A stretch of 64,000 nucleotides of DNA from Halodesulfurarchaeum sp. (GTDB lineage Archaea; Halobacteriota; Halobacteria; Halobacteriales; Halobacteriaceae): positions 1-64,000 of the forward strand of contig JBDGUI010000014.1 of the NCBI GenBank assembly GCA_042216015.1, given 5' to 3'. A model generated the notes under the pieces. The model made no database searches and had not been told where the DNA came from. It worked only from the letters and a program-made list of their open reading frames with translations. Numbering within the stretch: the stretch's first letter is position 1; each line of letters begins with the position of its first letter. The position numbers and the translations under genes were made by a program. Below, piece by piece: positions 30,718 to 40,676 of the stretch.

Positions 30718-31778
30718 ACGATCACCCCGATGATGACGGCCGTCAACAGCAAGTTCACGAAGGAGAGCCCCAACATCCCCTTCCAGCCGATGTCGAGCAG
30801 CTGGTCGGGCCGGACCCGCGGGACGCCAGAGCGAGCCCACTGGGTGAAGAAGAACACCCCCCAGACCTTCGCGACGAACCACACGATGCCCGGGATGAAG
30901 TCGAGGGCCGAGATTGGGGCGGTCGGTCCGCCCAGGAACAGGGTCGTGATGATGGCCCCGCCCAGGAAGATGTGGAGAAACTCACCGAGATAGAACAGCA
31001 CGAAATACACCGAGGAGTACTCCGTCTGATACCCGGCGACGAGGTCGTTCGGCGCCTCCGGGAGGTCGAACGGGTTCCGTCCGATCTCGGCCATGTTCGC
31101 GACCATGAAGAGCGCGAACGCGAACGGGTTGACGAACCCGAACCACGAGGGCACGACCAGGCCACCGATCGAGAAGAGTTCGACCGACTGCGCCGAGACG
31201 ATTTCGGAGATGCGAAGGGAACCCGCAAAGAGCACCACAGAGGCGCCGGTCAGCACGAGCGGAATCTCGTAGGCGATGTTCTGGGAAACGCCTCGCAATC
31301 CACCAAGCATGGAGTACTTGTTGTTCGAGGCATAGGCCCCGGAAACGATACCCAGCGACGCGATCGAGGAGACCGCGAACAGATAGACGAAGCCGACCTG
31401 TGGGTCGGCAAGGTGAATGCCACTTCCGAAGGGGATCACGGCAAAGCCCATCGTCGCCGAGACGACGACCAGCATCGGCCCGAGGTCCCAGGCCGGGCGG
31501 TCGACGTTCTCCGGGACGATGCGCTCCTTGGTCAACAGACGGATGGCGTCGACGGCGATCGTAAGGATGCCGTACGGTCCGACCCGGTCGACGGCGATGC
31601 GGTCGGTGAACGCAGCCGTCAGCTTCCGCTTCATGTACGGGCCGGCAAGCGCCGCGAAGAGGAGCACGATGACTGCGACGAGCAGCGAGCCGAGGAGCCC
31701 GCCAACGATCTGGCCGAGCAGCCCCTCGAGGTTGAGGAACGTCGAGATGCCATCCACCATCGGTGCGGCGGAGGGCAT
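30714..31778 (-). CDS. nuoH: Complex I-like subunit H
   Basis: VGPYG, SNNKYSMLGGLR, AEIGRNPFDLPEA and PRVRPDQL. Confidence 0.94.
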   Translation of the reverse strand: MPSAAPMVDGISTFLNLEGLLGQIVGGLLGSLLVAVIVLLFAALAGPYMKRKLTAAFTDRIAVDRVGPYGILTIAVDAIRLLTKERIVPENVDRPAWDLGPMLVVVSATMGFAVIPFGSGIHLADPQVGFVYLFAVSSIASLGIVSGAYASNNKYSMLGGLRGVSQNIAYEIPLVLTGASVVLFAGSLRISEIVSAQSVELFSIGGLVVPSWFGFVNPFAFALFMVANMAEIGRNPFDLPEAPNDLVAGYQTEYSSVYFVLFYLGEFLHIFLGGAIITTLFLGGPTAPISALDFIPGIVWFVAKVWGVFFFTQWARSGVPRVRPDQLLDIGWKGMLGLSFVNLLLTAVIIGVIV

Positions 31779-33475
31779 TATCGATCCACCTCCGCCAGCA
31801 CGATGTCGAGACTGCCGATGGTCGCGACGAGGTCACTGATGAGCTCGCCCTCGGACATCTCGTGAAGCGCCGAGAGGTTGACGAAACTCGGCCCGCGAAT
31901 CTTGAACCGGGCGGGTTTGTCCGTTCCGTCCGTGCGGATGTAAATCCCGAGTTCGCCCTTCGCTCCCTCGACCGCCCGATAGATTTCCTGGCCTGGGTCC
32001 GGCTTGAGACTTCGCGGGACGTTGGCCTGAATCTCACGCTCGTCTTCGGGCCAGTCCTCGAGGAGATCCACGCACTGCTCGATGATCTTCGCTGCTTCCT
32101 CCACCTCTCGCATGCGGACCATGAGTCGGGCGTAGTTGTCACCGCCCTCGAGGGTGACCACGTCCCAGTCGAGTTGGTCGTAAATCCCGTAGGGATCGTC
32201 CCGACGGAGGTCGTAATCGACGCCTGAAGCCCGCGCAATCGGGCCAGTCGCGCCGTAATCCTTCGCGACCTCCGGGGCCAAGTAGCCCGTGTCGACCGTC
32301 CGCATCTGGAAGAGTTCGTTCTGTGTGAGGACGTTGTGATACTCGTCGGTCTTCTCCGGAACGGACTCGAGGAACTGCCGGATCTTCTCGAGGAACTCCT
32401 CCCGGGGTTCGGGCAGGTCCCAGACGACCCCGCCCAGCCTGAGGTAGTTGTACATCATCCGCTGCCCGGTGAGGTCCTCGAGAATGTCCATCACGATGTC
32501 GCGGTCCCTCATCGCGTACATGAACACGGCCGCGAAGTCACCGACGATGTCGAGGCCGAAGGTCGCGACCGCGAGCAGGTGGGCCGAGATGCGATTGAGT
32601 TCCGCGACCATCGTCCGGATGACCTGGGCGTACTCGGGAACCTCGATGTCCGCGAGGTCCTCGGCCGCACGCGCGTAGGCCCATTCGTTGATGGTTCCAG
32701 CCGGGGTGTAGTCCCAGCGGTCCGGATACGGCATGATCTGGTGGCGGTACGTGCTCTTCTCGCACATCTGCTCCTGACATCGGTGCAGATACCCGATGTC
32801 AGGGTCGACATCTGCCACCTGCTCGCCGTCGAGGACCGTCTTCAGATGGAGGACCCCGTGTGTCGCCGGGTGGTGCGGGCCGATGTTGAGGAACATGGTG
32901 TCGAGGTCCTCGCCCGTCGGCTCGACCGCCATGTCTTCCTCGATTGGGTTCCTGTGTTTCTCGAGCGTGACGATCTGGGGTTTGTCCTGGTCGTAGTCCT
33001 TGCTCAACGGGTGTCCCGTCCAGCTCTGTGGCAGGAGGATCCGTCGGAGGTCCGGGTGACCCTCGTAGTTGACCCCGACGAGGTCGTAGGCCTCCCGTTC
33101 GTGCCAGTTCGCCGTCGAGAACACGTCAGTCGCGCTCTCGTGACTCGGATCGTCCCGAGGCGTTGGGACCACGACTCCCACTTCCGCCTGTGCATCCTCG
33201 TATTTGCGGAGGTGGTAGATGGACTCGTAGCGGTCCTCGTAATCCTGGGCGGTGACGCTTGCCAGGTGGTCGAAGCCCTGGTCCTTCAGCGTCGACAGGG
33301 CGTCCGTGACGGCGTCGCCACGGACAACGAAGGCCTCAGCGTTGAGATGGCTCTCGCGGTCGACGACTGCGTCACCGAGCAGGGATTCGAGTGCGTCGTA
33401 GTCGACGGCTCCTGCCGCTGGGGTTTCCACCGCAGATTCGCGTTCGTCCGTCTCGGGTTCGTCTTGCATGCTCAT
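31778..33475 (-). CDS. nuoCD: Complex I-like fused subunit C/D
   Basis: WHEREAYDLVG..GHPDLRRIL (C) fused to NIGPHHPATHGVL...GYLHR...LDIVLAEVDR (D). Confidence 0.94.
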   Translation of the reverse strand: MSMQDEPETDERESAVETPAAGAVDYDALESLLGDAVVDRESHLNAEAFVVRGDAVTDALSTLKDQGFDHLASVTAQDYEDRYESIYHLRKYEDAQAEVGVVVPTPRDDPSHESATDVFSTANWHEREAYDLVGVNYEGHPDLRRILLPQSWTGHPLSKDYDQDKPQIVTLEKHRNPIEEDMAVEPTGEDLDTMFLNIGPHHPATHGVLHLKTVLDGEQVADVDPDIGYLHRCQEQMCEKSTYRHQIMPYPDRWDYTPAGTINEWAYARAAEDLADIEVPEYAQVIRTMVAELNRISAHLLAVATFGLDIVGDFAAVFMYAMRDRDIVMDILEDLTGQRMMYNYLRLGGVVWDLPEPREEFLEKIRQFLESVPEKTDEYHNVLTQNELFQMRTVDTGYLAPEVAKDYGATGPIARASGVDYDLRRDDPYGIYDQLDWDVVTLEGGDNYARLMVRMREVEEAAKIIEQCVDLLEDWPEDEREIQANVPRSLKPDPGQEIYRAVEGAKGELGIYIRTDGTDKPARFKIRGPSFVNLSALHEMSEGELISDLVATIGSLDIVLAEVDR

Positions 33476-34179
33476 GGCGAATCAGCCCAGTTGTACCGCA
33501 TGACGAGGGTCTCCTCGTCGATATCCTCGGCGAGTGACTCCACGACCTCGTCGCGTTCGAGGTCGCCGAACTCCTCCAGTTCGTAGGGCTTCACCGTCAC
33601 CGGCGAGGATTCGCCGTTCGCGATGCGCTCCTGGAGTTTCACGATTCCATAGACCAGCGCCTCGGGTCGGGGTGGGCATCCGGGGACGTGAATGTCCACG
33701 GGGATGACCTCTTCGGCCCCCTTCACGACGTTGTAGCCCTCCTGGAACGGGCCACCAGATGCCGAACAGTTGCCCATGTTCACGACGAACTTGGGTTCGG
33801 GCATCTGGTCGTAGACCCGCTTCATCCGCGGGGCGAACTTCGAGACGATCGTCCCCGGGACGATCATCACGTCGGCCTGCCGCGGCGACGCCCGCGGCAC
33901 GCCGGCGTGGAAGCGGTCGAGGTCGTGTTTCACCGAGTAGGTGTGCATCATCTCGATGCTGCAGCAGGCGATCCCGAACTGCAGCATGAACATCGAGGAG
34001 CCCCGCGCCCAGTTCATGAACTTATCGAGCTTCGTGAGGATGAAGGGCGTCGACCCGAGTGCCTCGCGAAGCCTGGAGTTGAAACGGTCGTCCACAGCCT
34101 CCCCGATCCGCGAATCCCGAGTGTCCGTGGACGGAGCGGTCGGCTCGAGAATGTCCTCACGTGGTCGATCGCTACTCAT
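33472..34179 (-). CDS. nuoB: Complex I-like subunit B
   Basis: IACCSIEM, ASPRQAD and VPGCPPRPEAL. Confidence 0.94.
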   Translation of the reverse strand: MSSDRPREDILEPTAPSTDTRDSRIGEAVDDRFNSRLREALGSTPFILTKLDKFMNWARGSSMFMLQFGIACCSIEMMHTYSVKHDLDRFHAGVPRASPRQADVMIVPGTIVSKFAPRMKRVYDQMPEPKFVVNMGNCSASGGPFQEGYNVVKGAEEVIPVDIHVPGCPPRPEALVYGIVKLQERIANGESSPVTVKPYELEEFGDLERDEVVESLAEDIDEETLVMRYNWADSP

Positions 34180-34579
34180 GTCTCGACATCCTCCGTTCGT
34201 ACTTCGGGTTCCGCACCCAGCCGAGTGCGCCGTTTCTCCACGCCCAGGCGAGGGCCACGAGCAGAATACCGATGAACAGGACCATCGGTCCGAGTGCCCA
34301 TACCAGCCCCTCCGTGCCGACGACATCCCGGTAGATGGAAGCCCACGGGAATATCAACACGGTCTCGATGTCGAAGACGAGGAACAACAGCGCGACCATG
34401 TAGTACTGGATGTTGAACCGAACGTGAGTATTGCCGGTCGGTACCTCCCCACTTTCGTAGGTCGTCCGTTTGCTTTGTTCCGGCACGCTGGGCCGCAGTA
34501 GCATCGAGATGCCCATCATTGCCGCGATGATGAGAATCGCGACAACGGCCAACATACCGACAGCGATCCATGGGTTCAT
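34172..34579 (-). CDS. nuoA: Complex I-like subunit A
   Basis: TYESGEVP and QYYMVALLFLVFDIETVLIFPW. Confidence 0.93.
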   Translation of the reverse strand: MNPWIAVGMLAVVAILIIAAMMGISMLLRPSVPEQSKRTTYESGEVPTGNTHVRFNIQYYMVALLFLVFDIETVLIFPWASIYRDVVGTEGLVWALGPMVLFIGILLVALAWAWRNGALGWVRNPKYERRMSRHE

Positions 34580-35003
34580 AAGTGGATTCGTAACACTCGG
34601 GGCTTCGATTTGCCCCACCATAAACGTTGATTCTTGCGATAGTTCGCGTGAGACCCGTATTCTTGGGTGAATCAGCGATTACCACACGCCGGAGATTCAC
34701 ACACAATTGTAAAGTGCTACCAATCAACAATATCCCCCGAATCTGCCGTTATAGAAGCGCAGAAATGGGAAAACCGCCATAGCGAAATGGGTGCTCGGGA
34801 CGATCCACTCGGTCCACTCTACCGGCCGAAATGAGAACACGAGTAGAGGGGACTACCCCAGCCAATCTACTGCCGGCTCGTGGATTCTTCACGTCCCTCC
34901 CTGTAACATCCCCGTTTCTTTCCGCCGCGTACTGGCTTCACACGTTCTCGCGGAACGTGAGAAAAACCATCAATGCCTTTGTACTCGAATGGGGAGGTCC
35001 AAT

Positions 35004-36809
35004 ATGGGTTTGAAGCCGTCCGGTTTCGACGGCGTGACCGATTTCTTTAGTTCCGATCCGGACGTGACCTTCTTCCACCCGCCCAGCATCTACGATTTCC
35101 GGGACCGAACGGAGGTCATCGGACCGATCAGCGACGTCATCCCATCCTCGCCGGTCTTCGAAATGTACCCGATCGGGTTGACGTCGATCGCGGACACGCT
35201 CGAACGAAACGGGTACAACGCCCAGATCGTCAACCTCGCCCACGAGATGCTGGTGGATCCGGAGTTCGACGCTGAGGCCGAAATCGCCAGATCGAACGCC
35301 TGGGCATTCGGGGTTGATCTCCACTGGTTGCCCCACGCTCACGGCGCCATCGAAATCGCTCGCCTGATCAAACGCCATCACCCGGAGGCGCCGGTCTTCT
35401 TCGGCGGACTCAGTTCGACGTACTTCCACGAGGACCTGATCCAGTACGACGCGGTGGATTACGTCGTTCGGGGCGATTCGACCGAGAAACCGGTCGCGGA
35501 CCTGATCGAGGTCCTGGAGAGGGACGGCGACCTCTCGACGGTGCCGAATTTGACGTACGTGGAGGATGGCGAAACGGTCGTCAACACGCTCTCCAACCTT
35601 CCGGATGCCCTGGACGACGCTTCCATTCCCTCCTACACTTACGCGGTCAAGTCGGTGTTCAAGTACGGGAGCATCCGAAAGGTGATTCCACACAAAGGCT
35701 GGCTGGACAAACCGATCACGATGCTCCTGACGTCCCGAGGGTGTCGACACGCCTGTTCCTTTTGCGGCGGCAGTGATTCCAACGCGGCCGTCCATGGCCG
35801 ACAGGGACCCGCCTTTCGGTCACCGGTGAAGTTGATCGAGGACATCAGGGCGATCCGCACCTTCTCGGAAGGCCCGATTTTCGTCGTCCACGACCTTCGC
35901 CAGGGCGGGTGGGACTACGCCAGGGACTTTTTCGACCGGTTGGCTGCAGAGGACGTTCCAAACGAATTCATCTTCGAACTGTTCGGTCCGGCGAGCGAGG
36001 AGTACTTCGAAATGATCGACAACGCCGTCTCGAGGTACAACCTGGAGTTGAGTCCCGAGTCCCACAACCCCGAGGTCAGAGAGAAGATGGGCAAATTTGC
36101 CGTGTCGAACGAGGCCATCGAGAAGACGATGCGCGCGGCCCTGGACAACGGCTGCCAGAACATCGATCTCTTCTACATGGTCGGCCTCCCGGGACAGACC
36201 TACGAGGACGCCGTTGGAACCGTCGAATACGCCAGACACCTCCTCGAAGATATCGACGACGACCGCATCATCCCCTTTGTCGCCCCGTATGCTCCCTTCC
36301 TCGATCCGGGAAGCCCCGCCTTCGAGAACCCGGCAGAGTACGGCTTCACACTTCACGCCGAGGGGCTCGAGGAGCACCGCCAGCTTCTCCTCGAACCGAG
36401 CTGGAAGCGAATGTTGAGTTACGAGACCGACCACCTCTCGCGGGACGATATCGCCGAGGCCACCTACGAGGCCGCCCGGGGGATGAGCGAGTTGAAGTAC
36501 GAACACGGGCTGCTCGACGAGGCAACCTACCGAACGATGATCGACCGACTTGACACCTCACAGGAGCTCCTCGAGCGGGTGGACGAGGTCTATGAGACGA
36601 CCGAAGAAGCCGAGCGGGAGCGGGCACTCGAGGCCCTCTTCGAGGAGTACAGCGAATTCGACGATTTCGGGGAGAACAGTATCGCCGGCGAAGACGAGCT
36701 CTGGTGGCCGAGCGATGGGTTCCGTGGCGGTCTGGCTCTGGCCCGACTCGGTGCGAAACTCCTGCTCGAGGACGTCAAACGGCGCTATACGACACGCCGA
36801 TCGGCCTGA
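35004..36809 (+). CDS. B12-binding domain / radical SAM protein (resembles the TIGR04190/Ta0216-type family)
   Basis: N-terminal HPPSIYDFR...GPISDVIPSSPVFEMYPIG, DLHWLPHAHGA, GGLSSTYF, and CxxxCxxC in SRGCRHACSFCGG. GGAGG RBS before ATG 35004. Confidence 0.85.
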   Translation: MGLKPSGFDGVTDFFSSDPDVTFFHPPSIYDFRDRTEVIGPISDVIPSSPVFEMYPIGLTSIADTLERNGYNAQIVNLAHEMLVDPEFDAEAEIARSNAWAFGVDLHWLPHAHGAIEIARLIKRHHPEAPVFFGGLSSTYFHEDLIQYDAVDYVVRGDSTEKPVADLIEVLERDGDLSTVPNLTYVEDGETVVNTLSNLPDALDDASIPSYTYAVKSVFKYGSIRKVIPHKGWLDKPITMLLTSRGCRHACSFCGGSDSNAAVHGRQGPAFRSPVKLIEDIRAIRTFSEGPIFVVHDLRQGGWDYARDFFDRLAAEDVPNEFIFELFGPASEEYFEMIDNAVSRYNLELSPESHNPEVREKMGKFAVSNEAIEKTMRAALDNGCQNIDLFYMVGLPGQTYEDAVGTVEYARHLLEDIDDDRIIPFVAPYAPFLDPGSPAFENPAEYGFTLHAEGLEEHRQLLLEPSWKRMLSYETDHLSRDDIAEATYEAARGMSELKYEHGLLDEATYRTMIDRLDTSQELLERVDEVYETTEEAERERALEALFEEYSEFDDFGENSIAGEDELWWPSDGFRGGLALARLGAKLLLEDVKRRYTTRRSA

Positions 36810-36853
36810 CCCGCAGTTGTTACCGGCGGGGCAGAATGTCCGTCGTTGCCTGG

Positions 36854-37465
36854 TCAGTTCGAATCCCTGAACGCCTGAGTCCCCCGCTCGTGAAGCGAGC
36901 GCGAGACGGCTGCCACCTCCCTGGCCTGGTCCTCGTGCCGTTCGACGAGGCGGTCCCGGAGGGTATCGTCGGTCCTCGCGAGAATCTGGACAGCAGAGAG
37001 TGCCGCATTGGACGATTTGCCCGCATCGACGGCCGTGATCGGGGCCCCGGTTGGCATCCCGATCACCGAATCGACTGACTTCTCCCGGACAGGAATCCCG
37101 ATCACCGGGACCGGATACGCGATGGAGGCCGTCATGTTCGGCAGATCGGCGGATTTCCCGCCGGCTCCGGCCAGGATGACGTCGAGACCGCGTGCCTCTG
37201 CGGTCTCCCCGTACGCGTACATGAGGTCCGGCGTGCGGTGGGCCGAGACCACCCAGGACTCGTAGGTGTATTCCGCCGCTGGAGGGTCGTCGTACTCGGT
37301 GAGTTCCTCGAATCCGAGCGCTTCCAGGGTCTTCGAGGCTCCGGCCATGACGTCCAGATCCGAATCGCTTCCCATAATGATTCCCACGTCCGGTCGATCC
37401 GCGGCCGGTCGATCGAGTGCTGCCTCCCGCTCGAACAACTCGCGGAGTTCGGCGACGCTCGTCAT
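36854..37465 (-). CDS. purE: N5-carboxyaminoimidazole ribonucleotide mutase / AIR carboxylase
   Basis: IIMGSDSD, VVSAHRTP, AGAGG and PVIGIP. Confidence 0.94.
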   Translation of the reverse strand: MTSVAELRELFEREAALDRPAADRPDVGIIMGSDSDLDVMAGASKTLEALGFEELTEYDDPPAAEYTYESWVVSAHRTPDLMYAYGETAEARGLDVILAGAGGKSADLPNMTASIAYPVPVIGIPVREKSVDSVIGMPTGAPITAVDAGKSSNAALSAVQILARTDDTLRDRLVERHEDQAREVAAVSRSLHERGTQAFRDSN

Positions 37466-37468
37466 GAC

Positions 37469-38623
37469 TCAGTCATCCCCGCCCGCGAACCTGAGTGTTT
37501 CCCTCGCCTTCCGTGCCTGGCGGCGGTTCGACGCCAGATCGGGGCCCGTAACGGTCACGTGACCGAGTTTTCGAAGCGGGCGGACCTCTCGCTTGCCGTA
37601 CCAGTGAAGATGTGCACCCTCAAGGTCCAGCATCGACTCTACGCCGGACATCGAGACCGGGCGTGACTTCTGCCCGTCCCCGAGAACGTTGGCCATCGCC
37701 GTCGGTTCACGGAGTTCGGTCGAGCCGAGAGGCAGTCCGAGCACTGCCCTTACGTGTTGTTCGAACTGCGAGGTCACGGTTCCCTCGATCGTGTAATGGC
37801 CCGAGTTGTGAGGTCTCGGCGCGATTTCGTTGACGAGGATCGTTCCATCCGTGGCCTCGAAGAGTTCGATGCCGAAGACCCCGCGCCCCTCGAGGGTCGA
37901 GAGCACCGAGCGGGCGATGTCGGTCGCTCGGTCGATTCGGTCCTGGTCGGTGCGGGCCGGAACCAGCGTCTCCCGCAGTATCTCCGCCTCGTGAACGTTC
38001 TCGCCGACGGGATACGTTCGCCGTTCGTTCACACCCCGGACACCGATGGCGCTGAGTTCCCGCTCGAAGTCGACCAGTTCCTCGGCGATCAGCCCCGAGA
38101 GCGATCCGAAATACGCGGTGGCCTCCTCGACGGATTCGACCACAGCATTTCCACGGCCGTCGTATCCGCCGCGACGGGCCTTGAGCATCAGCGGCGATCC
38201 CAGCTCGTCGAGGGCAACACGCAAATCCGATTCGTCTCCGACACCCGCGTAAGCCGGAATCGGAATGTCGGCCGCGTCGAGGGTCTCCTTTTCCACGAGT
38301 TTGTCCCGGGTCATCCGAAGGTCGTCCGGAGCCGGCTGAACGGGCGTCCCCGTCGCCTCGGTGACCGATTCCAGCGCATCCGGATCGGCGAGTTCGATTT
38401 CGAGGGTGAGAACGTCGACGCGCTCGGCGAGCGATTTGACCGCCGCGAGATCGTCGAAATCGGCGACGAGCTGATCGCGCGCCGGGGGGTAGGCCGGACA
38501 ATCCGGCGTGGGGTCGAGGACCACCGTCCCGACGCCGAGTGGACTGGCGGCCTCACCCAGCATCCGGCCGAGTTGGCCCCCACCCACAATTCCGAGGGTG
38601 ATGTCAGGTGGCACGTGGTTCAT
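37469..38623 (-). CDS. purK: N5-carboxyaminoimidazole ribonucleotide synthase
   Basis: GGGQLGRM, GGYDGRGN, NEIAPRPHNSGH and RKLGHVT. Confidence 0.95.
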   Translation of the reverse strand: MNHVPPDITLGIVGGGQLGRMLGEAASPLGVGTVVLDPTPDCPAYPPARDQLVADFDDLAAVKSLAERVDVLTLEIELADPDALESVTEATGTPVQPAPDDLRMTRDKLVEKETLDAADIPIPAYAGVGDESDLRVALDELGSPLMLKARRGGYDGRGNAVVESVEEATAYFGSLSGLIAEELVDFERELSAIGVRGVNERRTYPVGENVHEAEILRETLVPARTDQDRIDRATDIARSVLSTLEGRGVFGIELFEATDGTILVNEIAPRPHNSGHYTIEGTVTSQFEQHVRAVLGLPLGSTELREPTAMANVLGDGQKSRPVSMSGVESMLDLEGAHLHWYGKREVRPLRKLGHVTVTGPDLASNRRQARKARETLRFAGGDD

Positions 38624-38680
38624 TTGCGCGGCAGTTATCGACGGGGATGGATAAACGTTGTCGAGCCACCGGGAAGGTAT

Positions 38681-40330
38681 TCACGATCGTGGATCGGTCT
38701 CGTTCTCGATGAAGAAGACCGTCTCGGTCCCCGGGGCCGTGAGTTCGTAGGTTAAGGCCTCGTATCCCGGGAATCGATTCGCGAGCTCGCTGTAGTGCTC
38801 GACCCGGGCGATCACGACCGGCGGCCTGCCGGTGATTCCCCCCGGAGTCGTGGCACTGGCCGTCCTCGCGTCGGCCCGTTCGAGATACCAGGAGAGTGGA
38901 AGGCGATTGAGCCAGTTCGAACTCGCCGGTGGCCGATCGGCGACGGATTCCTCGGGAACAGCGAAGTGATCGCCGTAAAAGACGACGTCGGTTCCCTCGT
39001 TCGTCCCGGCGACCGATTCGATCTCCTGGAGGGTCTCCTGAAGGTGTCCCGCCGGCTGGCCGTACTGGACGAGCGGATTGTCCTCGGACTGTGGCGACTG
39101 GAAGGAGGTCGCTGCGACCGTGACACCCACCTGGGCCGTGACGGCTAGAATTGCGAGCGTCGCGATGGCAACGCCCACGCGGTCCTCGTGTTCCCACGCT
39201 CGATAGCCCCGTTCGAGGACGATTCGGAACCCGACCGCGGCGGGAATCGAGAGCGGAACGAGCGCGTGGACGAGCGACCAGGGGGCCGAGATGTCCGTGA
39301 TCGCCGGGTAGATGAGAAACACCGTCGCCCCCCAGTAGAAACTGAACGAGACGAGATCGCGGGGAGAGTCCCCCGTGTACCGGTCCACCAGAAACCCGAA
39401 GACGGCAAATCCGACGAGCGGGAGACTGACGAACGCCGTCGTTTCCAACGCATCGGTCAGATACGCGATGTAACTGTGTTCGTGACCACCCTGGATCCAG
39501 AGATCGATCAATTTCTCCGCACTCCCGATCGTGGCCGCCTCGAGCACCGACGGAATTCGAGACGGATCGGTCAGCGCCCGATAGAGATCCGGTCGGGGTG
39601 CGTAGAGAGCCACGAGGATCGCGAGAAATTCGATGACGGCCACGAGGAGTGCTCGTCTGTGGGCGTTGAGCCCCCGATACGTGCTTGTGACCGCACTGCG
39701 GAGCCGGTTCTTCCACGACTCTCCCATCTCGCGGGCGACGAAGAGACGGTGATCGAGCAACAGCAGGAGTGCGCCGCCCCAGATTGCCACGTACACGAGT
39801 GCGATCTCCTTGGTCCCGAAAGCCAGCCCGAGTGCCAGAACCGCACCGTAGAGGTAGCGCTGTCGTCTCGACTCGAGCATCCTGACCGCAAATCCCAGAA
39901 CGAGAAGGGCGAACGCTGCCACGGGCACGTCGTTCCGCATGAACCGCGAGTAATAGACCAACACCGGATCGACGGCCAGTACGACTCCGACGAGGACGAC
40001 CTCGAGATCCCGGAGTCTCGAGCGGAAGAGCCAGGCGGTTAGGGGAAGCAAGCCACCAACGACCGCGACGAGCGATCTGGCGAGCGCGTCACTGGCTCCG
40101 AACGTATCGAAGAGAAATCTGTTCACGTGGAAGAGTAGCGGCCCGTGAACGATGGGCCGATACTCCCAGACGCCGGTTTCGAGATAGCGAAGCGTCCAGT
40201 AGCCCACCCGGGCCTCGTCCCAGTGGAAGACCCGCCAGCCGAGTGCGGCAAATCGAAGAATCAGCGCGAGGAGGGCGACAACGCCGAGGGCCACGAGCAC
40301 GGTGCGGCGATCGAATCGACGCCGGGACAT
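38681..40330 (-). CDS. Membrane GT-C-type protein (TIGR03663 / Agl23-like)
   Basis: FHWDEARVGYW, YRPIVHGP, YYSRFMRND and TKE, with multiple TMs. Confidence 0.82.
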   Translation of the reverse strand: MSRRRFDRRTVLVALGVVALLALILRFAALGWRVFHWDEARVGYWTLRYLETGVWEYRPIVHGPLLFHVNRFLFDTFGASDALARSLVAVVGGLLPLTAWLFRSRLRDLEVVLVGVVLAVDPVLVYYSRFMRNDVPVAAFALLVLGFAVRMLESRRQRYLYGAVLALGLAFGTKEIALVYVAIWGGALLLLLDHRLFVAREMGESWKNRLRSAVTSTYRGLNAHRRALLVAVIEFLAILVALYAPRPDLYRALTDPSRIPSVLEAATIGSAEKLIDLWIQGGHEHSYIAYLTDALETTAFVSLPLVGFAVFGFLVDRYTGDSPRDLVSFSFYWGATVFLIYPAITDISAPWSLVHALVPLSIPAAVGFRIVLERGYRAWEHEDRVGVAIATLAILAVTAQVGVTVAATSFQSPQSEDNPLVQYGQPAGHLQETLQEIESVAGTNEGTDVVFYGDHFAVPEESVADRPPASSNWLNRLPLSWYLERADARTASATTPGGITGRPPVVIARVEHYSELANRFPGYEALTYELTAPGTETVFFIENETDPRS

Positions 40331-40444
40331 GGCCCCGCTTTCATCGCAGCAGATAAAAAATGAGCGGGTCGGCATTCACGTTCCGGGAAGACACAAGAGC
40401 CGAAATCGCCGATACACCTACAGGGATTCACCGAGAAGAGGTAC

Positions 40445-40597
40445 ATGATGCGAACCACCATCGAAATCGATACCGACCTGTACGAACGGCTCAATGGCCA
40501 CCTCGAGGAGGGTGAGACCGTCGAAGAGTTCATCGAGGAACTCATCTCGATGTACGAGACCGAAGGGGCGTTCATGCAGGAAGGGTATTCCGAATAA
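40445..40597 (+). CDS. Small acidic protein, RHH/CopG-like (50 aa, below the ORF-track cutoff)
   Basis: Hand translation: MMRTTIEIDTDLYERLNGHLEEGETVEEFIEELISMYETEGAFMQEGYSE*. GAGG RBS upstream; co-oriented with ribH. Confidence 0.8.
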   Translation: MMRTTIEIDTDLYERLNGHLEEGETVEEFIEELISMYETEGAFMQEGYSE

Positions 40598-40676
40598 GCG
40601 GGGACCGCACTCGAGCGTGGCACACGCCCGCTACTGAGGCGGTACCGTTTTGCCCGAGGGGGTCCGAGACGGCTTC

